Positions 12,900 through 23,087 of a stretch of 64,000 nt of DNA are shown piece after piece. The first letter of the stretch is position 1. Each line of letters starts with the position of its first letter. A program made the position numbers and the translations under genes. The notes below the pieces were generated by a model. It searched no databases. It saw only the letters and a program-made list of their open reading frames with translations, and had not been told where the DNA came from. This stretch comes from Squalus acanthias (Eukaryota), in the NCBI GenBank assembly GCA_030390025.1, contig CM059433.1:27096001-27160000 (forward strand). Reading direction: 5' to 3'.

Positions 12900-13375
12900 A
12901 TGGGTGGCCTGGTAGGGCTTCCTCTCGGAATTGAACATGACTGGGTGAATGAAGAGAGGCCGCACAGAGCAGGACAAGCTGCTAGAAGAGGAAGGAGGAG
13001 GAGGGGTAGAAGGGCACTCAGCAGGGGGCCATATCCACCAAGGGTCTTCAGGGAACAATTCTCTTACCTCAAATTCACCGAGGACTAATGCATGAGATGA
13101 TTTAGCATCACAAAAGAGGTTGTGACTGAAATCTTCCAACTGCTGCAGCCACAAAGCAGGGCAATGATCGCATTGCCTGTGGCTGAAAAGGTGACCGTAG
13201 CTTTTAACTTTTATGCATCTGGCTCCTTTTAGGCTACTTCTGGAGATATAAGCAACATCTCGCAGTTTGCAGTGCACTACAGTATAAGGTAACAGTGCAC
13301 TGCAAACACAGAGAGACGCTTTCATCTTATTCCCTCTTGCCAGAAACAAGCAAGCGCAGCGAGCACGAGGGTTTA
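12900..13375 (+). pseudogene. Harbinger transposase (HARBI1-like) N-terminal remnant; its terminal region starts near 11540
   Basis: MGGLVGLPL...RRGRRRRGRRALSRGPYPPRVFREQFSYL...ALPVAEKVTVAFNFYASGSF*...ISQFAVH; matches the transposase at 48359; internal stops. Confidence 0.8.
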
Positions 13376-13689
13376 CACAGACGTTAAAGGCGCTATATAA
13401 AAGCATAGATGTTGTCGTTGGCAAAGAATGATAATCACAACTAACACTCTTAGCATGCCTAACCAGAAAATATTCATGCTGTGGTGACCTTCACTTCTAT
13501 GGGCACAGCATACCAGATGTGTGTAGATCTGTGCAACAGATGACATAACCATGTGCCAGCCTGTCTTGTAAAGTAAAGGCACTGAGAACAGAACCCTCTA
13601 ATATACCCGGGTGCAGATGCTGGGGTAATGACAGGTGTAGCCAGAACGCCTAAGGGAATTTTGCCTCAGCATTTGTTTAAAAGCAATGA

Positions 13690-14115
13690 TCGAGAATAGC
13701 ATACACAAAGCTCAATTCTATGAATGTGCAATGCCAATCACCTTATCCTGCAAGTTATTGCCAGGCACCATGGAAGCTGGCATGATGCTTTCATCACGTG
13801 ACAACCCACCATACCAACCCTCATAACTTGGAGTTATTTATCAGGAGGACTGGTTATCAGTCATGGCTTATGATTCTAGTAAGGCTTCCGCAGACAAAGG
13901 GGAACAATAGATATAATGAGGCCCATACTACTTTAAGAGTGTTAGAACAATTTAAAGGGGAAGCTAGTTAAGTACATGAGGGAGACCAGTTGGGCCAAAT
14001 GGCCTGTTTCTGTGTTGTAAATGCTATGTAATTCTATGTAAAAGGAATTCTCACGTCGAATTTCAGATGCCTGAATAAATCCAGTGGATCTCTGCAATAC
14101 ACCCCCGTGAGAGTC
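13690..14115 (+). pseudogene. Old, degraded Harbinger transposase C-terminal remnant (with short CR1 tail inserted ~13950-14040)
   Basis: Recognisable pieces ARHHGSWHDAFI, WLM...P.T, YNEAH, FRCLNKSSGSLQYTP. Confidence 0.6.
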
Positions 14116-15071
14116 TCAAGAATCATTTGCCGGACCTTTCAACTTCAGTGAAGGTGCAAAGCGGGTGATATCGGATTGGCTGTCCGTTATACATCCCACC
14201 CGATTTTCCGTTCCATTGACTTCAATCTGCAAGGTGCTCCCTGAGTTAGATGAGATTGAGCAGTGGGTGGCTAGGATAGTTCTCCTGGAGCTATAGAAGC
14301 CTGAGGTGACTCTTGTATCAGGGACGGTGCTGTCTGAGAGAGACCAGGCAGTGGGTTGCAGTGGCATGGGGTGCTGGACCCAGGTTTGATATTTCCTCAG
14401 GTGTAGGCATTGGAGGGAGGCATTAATAAAGCAGGTTGAACCACTCTTCAGAGAGACAGTAACATCTGCACCCACTCCTTGCAGCCCACTGTCGCTCAGC
14501 ACATGCTCAGAGGTATTACCGGTCAGTGTCATTACAGATTGTATAGTCGCAACAAGGTCTTGCCAATGTGGCATTTGGGTTGACTCTTAATGCATGTACT
14601 GAAGTAGTGGTAGCTGTCATTCTGGTAGCTATCAATCTCCTTAGAAGCTGTTCCTGGTATCTTGATGCTGCAGAAATCTCCAGACTGGCACTTTCTGCAG
14701 AGTGTTCTGTAGGTTGTGGGAAACTTCCTGAATTGTTTTGCAGATGCGGTTAGTGGACTCGTTCCACTTGTAAAACATCGTGACCACATGCCTGGAAACC
14801 AACTCCACTGCCTCCACATGAGATCGACGCTCCCTAATTATAGCTCTTTTGAAGACTAGGTCCTGAGAACTGGATCCCTCAACTCCTCAGCCGATGGCAG
14901 TCAGTTCTCCACCTTCCATGGAGGAAAGACACTCTTCCTCTTGTTCACTTCCAGATTCTCATTCTCACTAGTGCTCACTGAATCACTTCGAACACACTAA
15001 CTACTTCCTCCTAGGAGGGTATCCCTGGGATGGTGCTGGTGCAGATATGATGTTGACAGAGCTGGTGATGA

Positions 15072-15464
15072 AAAAGAAAGATTTGCATTTCTATAGCCCC
15101 TTTCACGACCACCGGACGTCCCAAAGCGATTTATAGCCAATGAAGTACTTTTGAAGTGTAGTCACTGTTGTAATGTAGAGAACGTGGCAGCCAATTTGCA
15201 CACAGCAAGCTCCTCTCACAAACAGCAATATGACAATGACCAGATAATCTGTTTTAGTGATGTTGATTGAGGGATAAATATTGGACAGGACTCCGGGAAT
15301 AACTTCACTGCACTTCTTTGAAATAGTGGCATGGGATCTTTTACGTTTACCTGAGAGGGCAGACGCGACCTAGCTTTAACGTCTCATCTGAAAGACGGCA
15401 CCTCCAACAGTGCAGCACTCCCTCAGTACTGCACTGGAGTGTCAGCCTAAATTTTTGTGATCAA
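15072..15464 (-). mobile_element. Deu-domain tRNA-SINE (SacSINE1/AmnSINE1-related), head missing
   Basis: Core GGGATCTTTTACGT..ACCTGAGAGGGCAGAC...TTTAACGTCTCATCTGAAAGACGGCACCTCC.ACAGTGCAGCACTCCCTCAGTACTGCACTGG shared with 34408-34778 and 38675-39093. Family name from recall. Confidence 0.75.
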
Positions 15465-16450
15465 GGGCAGGATTTTACCTCAGAGGAGGGGAGGGAGCTG
15501 GGGTGGTGGTGGGGCTGGATTGCGGTCGGGAAACCAGAAGAACAGGTTTCCGTCAGGCCCTGCCAAATTTAACAGATTAAGAGACTGCTGGCTGTCGGGC
15601 GGGTAGGCCTGCGCCACCAGGCCCCAGCCGGGGAGCAGAGAGGAGGGAGGGAGGGATCAGAGGCCAGAGGGGGATTTGGGGGCCGGCGATCAGAGATCGG
15701 AAGGCTAGAGGGGGTGGGTCGAAGATCGGCGGCCAGGGATTGGAAGGCCGGGAGGAGGGTCGGTTTGGAGATCAGAGATTGAAAGGCCGGGGTGGGGGTT
15801 GGGAATTGGAGATCGGAAGGCTGGGGGGGCGTGGGGGTGCCAGCGGCCGGAGATTGGAATGCCGGAAGGTGGGTCGGGGCTGGAGGTCGGAGATTGAAAG
15901 GCCGGGGTCAGGTGTCGGGCGCCAGGGATCGGAAGGCCGGGGGGGTGGGGGGAGGCGTGGGTGGTGGTGTCAGGGCCCGGGAATCGGAGATCAGAAGGCC
16001 GGTGGCGGGGGTGTCAGTGGTCGGAGATCGGAAGCCCGGAGGGTGAGTTGGAGATCGGAGGCCTCGTGGTGGGGGGAGAGGAGTCGGAGGCCGGGGGAGA
16101 TCAGAGGCTGGCGAGGTGAGGTCGGAGGTCTCGTGGGGGCGGTCAGAGGCCTTGTGGAGGAGGTCAGTGGGAGATCGGAAGGGTTGGTGGCGGGGGGGGG
16201 GGGGCGGGTCCGATCGCGGGAGGGTTGTTGAGGCAGGTATGCTGGATGCAGCAGGTAAGTGGAAAGGCACTTACTTCCTGGTTCCACCAGTCCTCGCCTT
16301 CCTTTAGCTGCCGCAGAGTTAAATTTAAAATGGTGCTTCAAAATGAGGCACGCAGAGCGTCATTATAATATTTAAAGTGTCAACCCGCCTCCTGGGAGCG
16401 GGTTAGCCGCTCGCCCCTCGTCCCCCCTACATTAAAAAAAGGAAGTGGGC
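15465..16450. repeat. GC-rich MITE-like element containing a degenerate G-rich tandem array (unit ~GGAGATCGGAAGGCCGGGG, ~15650-16230)
   Basis: Starts GGGCAGGATTTT; many imperfect GATCGGA/GATCAGA+AGGCCGG units separated by G runs. Confidence 0.6.
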
Positions 16451-16462
16451 AGATTGATGATG

Positions 16463-16553
16463 CGAGGTCATCGACCTCAAACGCTAACTCTGTTTCTCTC
16501 TCCACAGATGCTGTTTGACCTGCTGAGTATTTCCAGCATTTTCTGTTTTTATT
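16463..16553 (+). mobile_element. Penelope-like element terminal fragment (degraded hammerhead)
   Basis: AGGTCATCGACCTCAAACGCTAACTCTGTTTCTCTCTCCACAGATGCTG...CCAGCATTTTCTGTTTTTATT matches 33783-33870; GAAA and CUGA boxes mutated or missing. Confidence 0.75.
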
Positions 16554-17029
16554 ACTATTCCAAGCTTGCCCTGCATAGCAAATGAAGGTCCCGGGATGGA
16601 ATTGTAGCTGGTTAGTGGTGGATTCACATTGGTGGGATGTACCCTGCTCTGCCTCGAACCCGCCAATGGGAGGATAATTTTTGGTGAAAGTAGATAACAC
16701 TTACTGTACTCGGGTGCACTGAATTGCCTGTTGCTAGTTTTTTGCCGTGCTTCCAAAATCTTTGTCAAACATGTGCAGCTTGTTTGGATTTTCTTTAGTG
16801 ATTGTGTTGTAGTATAAAAGTTTTGATATGGAAATATTTTTATAATTTTTTGTCAAAATGATGAAATACTAATGTAACAATAATATGAATAAAACACAAG
16901 TTTTGTAAGTTGGAATACATAATTATACATCTTCAAATTTCCTTAAATAGCCATTAGTTGATACTTCATCTTTTTGGCATTTATGTAATTAAAATCCATG
17001 TTGTACATATTTAATGTAAGACAACCTAC

Positions 17030-17083
17030 CGTTTTTCCATGAGGCCCCCTATCTCCGTTTTCCCCAGGAATTCCACCTTCACC
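17030..17083 (-). CDS. col21a1: Collagen triple-helix exon, 54 nt, GEGGIPGENGDRGPHGKT (COL21A1-like)
   Basis: gttattttacag|GGT GAA GGT GGA ATT CCT ... GGA AAA ACG|gtaggt; phase 0; six Gly-X-Y triplets. Gene symbol less sure than the collagen call. Confidence 0.85.
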
Positions 17084-17384
17084 CTGTAAAATAACATGCA
17101 AAAAATTAGTTTACACAAAATATTTTAATTATTATAATTACACTCATCTAAAACTGAGCTATTGTCACACAACAGGTATCTCTGCCCCTTTTGAAGTGTG
17201 ACAGATAATCCCCTATCATCTAGGCTCAACATTGCTCCCTCTTTCACAGTGCCAGAATACCTTATACCATCCTAGGTGCTAATGCTACATCCTTTAATAC
17301 TTTGGTAAATCGCCCGTCATTGTCTCCAATGGCTTTGATAGGATCTGGCCCCCTACCAAAGCTACTTCCTCTCAAATTATTCAA

Positions 17385-17588
17385 TCAGTGCAGTCCTAAA
17401 GGAGTACTGCATTGTCAGATCTTGTGTCTTTTGGATGAGTCTGCCTGCTCAGCTGGATGTAAAAGTCCCACAGTACTATTCAAGGAAGAGCAAGTGAGTT
17501 TTCCCAACATTTATCCTTCAACCAACACCACCAAAAATAGATGGACTGGTCTTTTATCACATTGCTTATTTTGGGACCTTGCTGTACC
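17385..17588 (+). mobile_element. Degenerate Deu-domain SINE fragment
   Basis: CAGTGCAGT.CT...GGAGTACTGCATTGTCAGA...GGATGTAAAAGTCCCA...CTATTCAAGGAAGAGCA: reverse complement of the core at 15300-15440. Confidence 0.55.
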
Positions 17589-19134
17589 TGGACAACCTTC
17601 TGACACTTCAAAAAGCATTTGTGTATCAGACAGTGTTCCCCAAAAAAGTATGAAAGAACTTGTTGATGCAATTTAAAAGGGAAATACCTAGAAAACTCTG
17701 TGGGGCCAACTGTCCTGGCCCTGGACAGGACCAGCGCACCCAAACTGTGGTTATTACCTGCACCAGGCCATCAATATGACCCAGGGGCACCCCTGGCAGA
17801 GGCCCACTTCCTGCAAAAGGAGGAGGAAGTTCCAGCACAGGTGCAGGCCTCTGAGATTTACAGCTCTTTTCCTGGCTGCCAGACTTGGCAGCAGCCAGAA
17901 TTCCTTTAGGCCCACATGTCCTCCTAAAAACATAAGGGGTAAGGAAAGAATCTCACCTGCAGCCTCCTTCCATCTTCAGGCTGCGCTTGGGATCCCTGCA
18001 GGCAAAGTATGGGCATGTAAAGGAGGTGGGAGGCGGTGTCTCTGGCGCTCTTGTCTCATTTTTCTAAAAGTTTTATTGGAAAGGCGCCCATTTTGAGGAG
18101 TGGCAGAGAAGAGGACATTGGGCCTTGCACCTGGAATAGGATTGCCAAATCTAGTTGGACATATTCCTGGAGGTGTCATCACATGACCTCCTTGTGAAGG
18201 ACTAAGCCATATAACCTATTCAGAAAAATACACCATTCTATGAAAGAATTCTGGCCTTATTAAAATATGACAAACTGGGTCTGGAAATTTAGAAACCTAA
18301 CTATGAAAAAGCTGTGAAAGCATTCTGGCTGTCGAGATAGATAGTTGTTGACACTGAATCAATAACCTTATTGAAACAGAAGGTTAAAGGCTCCGGCAGG
18401 CTGAACCTTTCAGAATGAAACAATGGTTCACCCTGGACAAGGTGTTCTAATTTACACTTCGTAAAGAAGCACATAAAAGTAAGAAACATCTGCCTTCGTA
18501 AAAATGACATCAAGTAAAAAACACACCTGCCGTAACACTGTTTTTTAAGGTAAACTTAGAACACCTAGAGAAGAGACATAATTCTGTAATGCTACCAGCT
18601 GAGGTGACTGTAAGAAGGCGGCTCTGTAAGTCTCCAACTCTTTGTACCTCGGGGGTCAAAGGTATTTGATTTTGGTGGATATGCTGAATAGAACTTTAAG
18701 AACTGTAAAACTATAGCGAAGTTAAGATGTGAGAGTAAGGTTCTCTGATAATAGGATTGTAAGCTTTCTCTTTTTGGAACTGTTAATGTTGCGATTGACT
18801 CACCAACTGTAAATTACATGTCGGTTCTTTAATAAATCTATATATTTTTTAGAATTGTCTCACATAAGACTTCTGTATCAAAAACTCGTAAACTGAATTT
18901 CTGTACACTCTTGGTGAGGAGTTGCAGAATTCTGGGGCAGTTTTCCGGACCCTCATAATATCTGGAACGTTACAGTCTAGCTAAACTTATTAAAAGTGCT
19001 AACTGGAGGACGGTAACATTTTCAGGTTGTTCCTTTCCTTTAGGGAGAGATAGTCCAGACCTTTAGACCCAATTAAGCGTCTTTAGGATTCGGCTACCTC
19101 AAACTTTAGTTGAAAGTGAACGTCTGAGGAATAC

Positions 19135-19268
19135 AATAGCAAAATACTGCGGATGCTGGAAATCCGAAATAACAACAGAAAACGCTGGAAAAACTCAGCA
19201 GGCCAGGCAGCATCCGTGGAGAGAGAAACAGAGTTAACGTTTCAGGTCGAAGACCTTTCGTCAGAACT
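19135..19268 (-). mobile_element. 134-bp Penelope-like terminal-repeat insertion
   Basis: Exact 13-bp TSD GTCTGAGGAATAC (19122-19134, 19269-19281); sequence matches the 3' end of 31847-33902. Confidence 0.88.
19232..19268 (-). ncRNA. Minimal type I hammerhead ribozyme motif (Penelope-associated)
   Basis: Minus strand AGUU CUGACGA A AGGUC UUC GACCU GAAA CG UU AACU: stem I AGUU/AACU, CUGANGA and GAAA boxes, 5-bp stem II, palindromic stem III (AACGUU). Confidence 0.7.
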
Positions 19269-20203
19269 GTCTGAGGAATACGCCTGATCCGGGGTAGCCC
19301 TAAAGGGGCTAGGACTAGTAATTATCCCTTCATCCTGTCTCCAACTGCTCCACCTTCACAACTGCCATTGGTCACCAACATGTCCATACTCGCGGTGCCA
19401 TGTCTTCCCACACCAATTGGAAAGCGAACAGACTCTTCATTACCCAGTTCTCGACTGTCAGTCAAACAGCCATTTTCCCATGTCCAATATTTTTATAACT
19501 AGTAAACAAAATTGCTTAAAGTAAATTTTACTCTTGGGTTTTTTGCCTGCAGCAGTGCCCTGGAGATTAGTCTTTAATTCCTGGAGACTCCAGGGCAAAC
19601 CTGGAGGGTTGGCAACTCTAATCTGGAACCCTCTCGCACTGAAGATCTGAGCACGGCAAGCAACAAACAAGGGAGGCCTGAAAAAGTAAATACTACCTTT
19701 CCCTTCCAACTGTTCTATGGGCCTTATAGTCTGGAAGCCTGCTGGCTGTTGTTTTCCCTGAGGCCGGTGACCAGGTCCACAGCTGCAGACCTGAGCTGGC
19801 AGCTGGGTCACTATTTCCATCTGTAATTCTAAGGATCAAGGCCCTGCAAGGGATTGGGTCTGTTCCAGGGGTGCAATCGGCCAATGCTAATGATGTGACA
19901 TAATAAAATCAGATGTGGTCAGGTACAGCATACCTTGGGCACGCTACGCCTGTCTAAAACACAGGCAAAGTGGTGGGGGAAGGGAGAGAAATCGTTCTCC
20001 TGGAAGTTTTCAAACTGAGACCCCTGAACCCTAAGGGCACACGAAGGGATCCCAAGAGGCCATCAGATTTCTGTCCACTTGCAATCAGATTTCTGTACAT
20101 TTCTGTATCTGTTGACTTACAAACAGGTTATTTCTGTTGCTGTATATAAACATATACTAATAAAACATATTTTCTGCAATGATAGGCTTGTTTGCCTTTA
20201 GCC

Positions 20204-21492
20204 GGTGCTATCAAGCAGCACTTACTCATCAATAACCTGCTCACCGATGCTCAGTTTGGGTTCCGTGAGGACCACTCGGTTCCAGACCTCATTACAGCCT
20301 TGGTCCAAACATGGACAAAAGAGCTGAATTCAAGAGGTGAGGTGAGAGTGACTGCTTTTGACATCAAGGCAGCATTTGACTAAGTGTGGCATCAAGGAGC
20401 CCTAGTAAAATTGAAGTCAATGGGAATCGGGGGGAAAACTCTCCACTGGGTGGAGTCATACCGAGCACAAAGGAAGATGGTTGTGGTTGTTGGAGGCCAA
20501 TCATCACAGCCCCAGGACATCGGTGCTGGAGTTCCTCAGGGCAGTGTCCTAGGCCCAACCATCTTCAGCTGCTTCATGATGACCTTCCCTTCATCAGAAG
20601 GTCAGAAATGGGGATGTTTGCTGATGATTGCACAGCGTTCAGTTCCATTTGCAACTCATCAGATAATGAAGCATGCAGCAAGACCTGGACGACATTCAGG
20701 CTTGGGCTGATAGGTGGCAAGTAACATTCATGCCACACAAGTGCCAGGCAATGACTATCACCAATAAGAGAGTCTAACCACCACCCTTTGACATTCAACA
20801 GCTTTACCATCACCAAATCCCCCACCATCAACATCCTGGGGGGTCACCACTGACCAGAAACTTAACTGGAGCAGCCACATAAATACTGTGGCTACAAGAG
20901 CAGGTCAGAGGCTGGGTATTCTGCGGTGAGTGTCTCATCTCCTGACTCCTGAAAGCCTTTCCACCATCTACAAGGCACAAGTCAGGAGTATCATGAAATA
21001 CTCTCCACTTGCCTGGATGAGTACAGCTCCAACAACACTCAAGAAGCTCAACACCATCCAGGACAATGCAGCCTGCTTGATTGGCACCCCATCCACCATC
21101 TTAAACATTCACTCCCTCCACCACCAGCACACCATGGCTGCAGTGTGTACCAATTACAAGATGTACTGCAGCAACTCGCCAAGGTTTCTTCAACAGCACC
21201 TCTACCACCTAGAAGGACAAGAGCAGCAGGCGCATGGGAACACCATCACCTGCAAGTTCCCCTCCAAGTCACACACCATCTTGACTTGGAAATATATCGC
21301 CGTTCCTTCATCGTCACTGGGTCAAAATCCTGGAACTCCCTCCTTAACAGCACTATGGGAGTACCTTCACCACACGGACTGCAGCGGTTCAAGAAGGCAG
21401 CTCACCACCACCTTCTCAAGGGCAATTAGGGATGGGCAATAAATACTAGCCTTGTTAGCGACGCCCATATCTTGTGAATGAATTACAAAAAA
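20204..21492 (+). mobile_element. 5'-truncated copy of the tRNA-headed LINE family (RT + 3' tail)
   Basis: QFGFR.DHS.PDLITALVQTW...DIKAAFD*VWHQG...GVPQGSVLGP...FADD; tail GGGCAATTAGGGATGGGCAATAAA...; same family as 55799-58948. Confidence 0.9.
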
Positions 21493-22041
21493 TTAAGATC
21501 GGGTGTTATGTAGGCTGCGAATATTTGCAGGTGGTCCCCCACACAGAAATTTTTTTTAAATCACTACTCTAAAAGAAACAATATGTATAATGAACACAAG
21601 GACACAAAAATGAACTTAGGTACAGTAGTCACACATATGGGACCATCTAACAGTTCATTTTTGCTCCTCTAATCAATTAATGCCAGTGACCTGTAGGGTA
21701 CTGCATACATTTACTCATGGTAATACAGTTATGTGTAGCTGTAACATAATACTGCATAGATATTTTAGATGATGTGATTATGTTGCATCTTTGTACAAGG
21801 CAAAAATAATTTAGGAAGGGTTGGTTCAATGTGTTTGTATGTAACCAGACTTCCTCTTAATCCATCTATGGTCACATTCTCAAGCATAATTTTTTTTTTA
21901 GATGAACATTGTACTGTTCTAAAATATTAATGTAGTGATCCAATAAGGTGGTTGCTAATGTAACATTATTAATTGGGACGAAATCAGTTTATATTAAATA
22001 AAAGTTAGAAGAAAACTTGTTATTTTAAGTTATATACAAAC

Positions 22042-22086
22042 CTTGTGTCCCATTGGTCCAATATGCCCTGGCATTCCAGGAATACC
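22042..22086 (-). CDS. col21a1: Collagen triple-helix exon, 45 nt, GIPGMPGHIGPMGHK (COL21A1-like)
   Basis: tgtttcattatag|GGT ATT CCT GGA ATG CCA GGG CAT ATT GGA CCA ATG GGA CAC AAG|gtttgt; phase 0; five Gly-X-Y triplets. Gene symbol less sure than the collagen call. Confidence 0.85.
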
Positions 22087-23087
22087 CTATAATGAAACAT
22101 ACAGCAAAATTATTCTTTGATAATACCATACAGCATTGATTTAAGTTCAATTCAATACAGACGTTCTGTTGTTTTTGTCTACAAAAACAATAATAAATTA
22201 CCATTGAAAATAAGGAAAAGTTCATAGCGTTTAGGTAAAAATAAGTTAAAACTATAAGCTTCGAGGGAAAGGAAACATGGATTTAGTTCTCTCCTAGAGG
22301 ATATAATGAGCAATGAATTACTAAAGTTTTTATGGAAAAATTAACTCTGTCTCTTGCTAGATTCCCTTGACAAAAACATTTAATTGTCATAAAATAGTTT
22401 TATTGGTGTTTTCCATATGGTGCATTTAATGCAAATCCTATGCTCTTTGCATTTTAAAGTGAGTTATTGATCCCTTGATACTTGCTGTCTCTGGAATTTT
22501 TTTTCTGGGAGGCCTGGGGAGAGACAGTAAAACTTTAATTTTTCCCCTATGCTTTAATCATATTCTTCTACTCTTACACAACACACTGAGATACATGTTC
22601 ATCTTCAGTTGCTCTCAGTGTGAACACTGAAGACAGACAGACACTTCACTGTTCCCTGATCAAGAGTGGAAAGATGACCTGCTTTATCATTGCTAGTCCA
22701 AGAGATGTATGAGAGCCAGTGTGACTCTCCCTCCATGATCCTTTGTTTAATATAATAGAAGTGCATAGCTTCTGCTTGATCCCAGTCAGATTGTGAACTT
22801 GTTGCATGAAGTGCAGACATTAGCCTTTGTTTCATCACTGTGCATCATCAGTATATCAAACTTTAAGCTACCATGCTGCCTATGATCTAGAGCAGTGATA
22901 CTTACAACAAAGCCCAGACACCACTTGCAGAGCACGTGCCTTCACCTCTGGCCCTTGCCAGAATCACTGCTCCACAGATCTCTGAACCACCCTTCATGCC
23001 CCACCTTATTGTGAGAGCTTGAGCAGGGATTCAGCACTGTTCCTCCTCCCCTTGCTTCCCAGCAAAAGAGACCTTTATTACAACTAT

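Larger units (their letters stand above)
18195..19332 (+). mobile_element. Solo LTR (~990 bp net), ERV-like termini
   Basis: Ends TGAAGG...CCTTCA (6-bp inverted); flanks TCCTTG / TCCTG (imperfect ~5-bp TSD); AATAAA at 18831-18836; interrupts the hAT MITE. Confidence 0.65.
18137..19620. mobile_element. hAT-type MITE (~340 bp once nested inserts are removed)
   Basis: TIR TAGGATTGCCAA / TTGGCAACTCTA; 8-bp TSD ACCTGGAA (18129-18136) / ATCTGGAA (19621-19628), 7 of 8 identical; 8-bp TSD is characteristic of hAT. Confidence 0.75.

Noticed and set aside
15740..16231. 163-aa Gly/Arg-rich ORF
   Set aside because: Product of the G-rich tandem array; no Gly-X-Y periodicity and no splice signals supporting a collagen exon.
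20001..21570. hAT-Charlie-like MITE surrounding the LINE at 20204-21492
   Set aside because: Only weak terminal resemblance (GTTTTCAAACT...AATCACTA); TIR and TSD could not be established.
22025..22225. 66-aa ORF overlapping the 45-nt exon
   Set aside because: Different frame from the collagen exon and mostly intronic AT-rich sequence.
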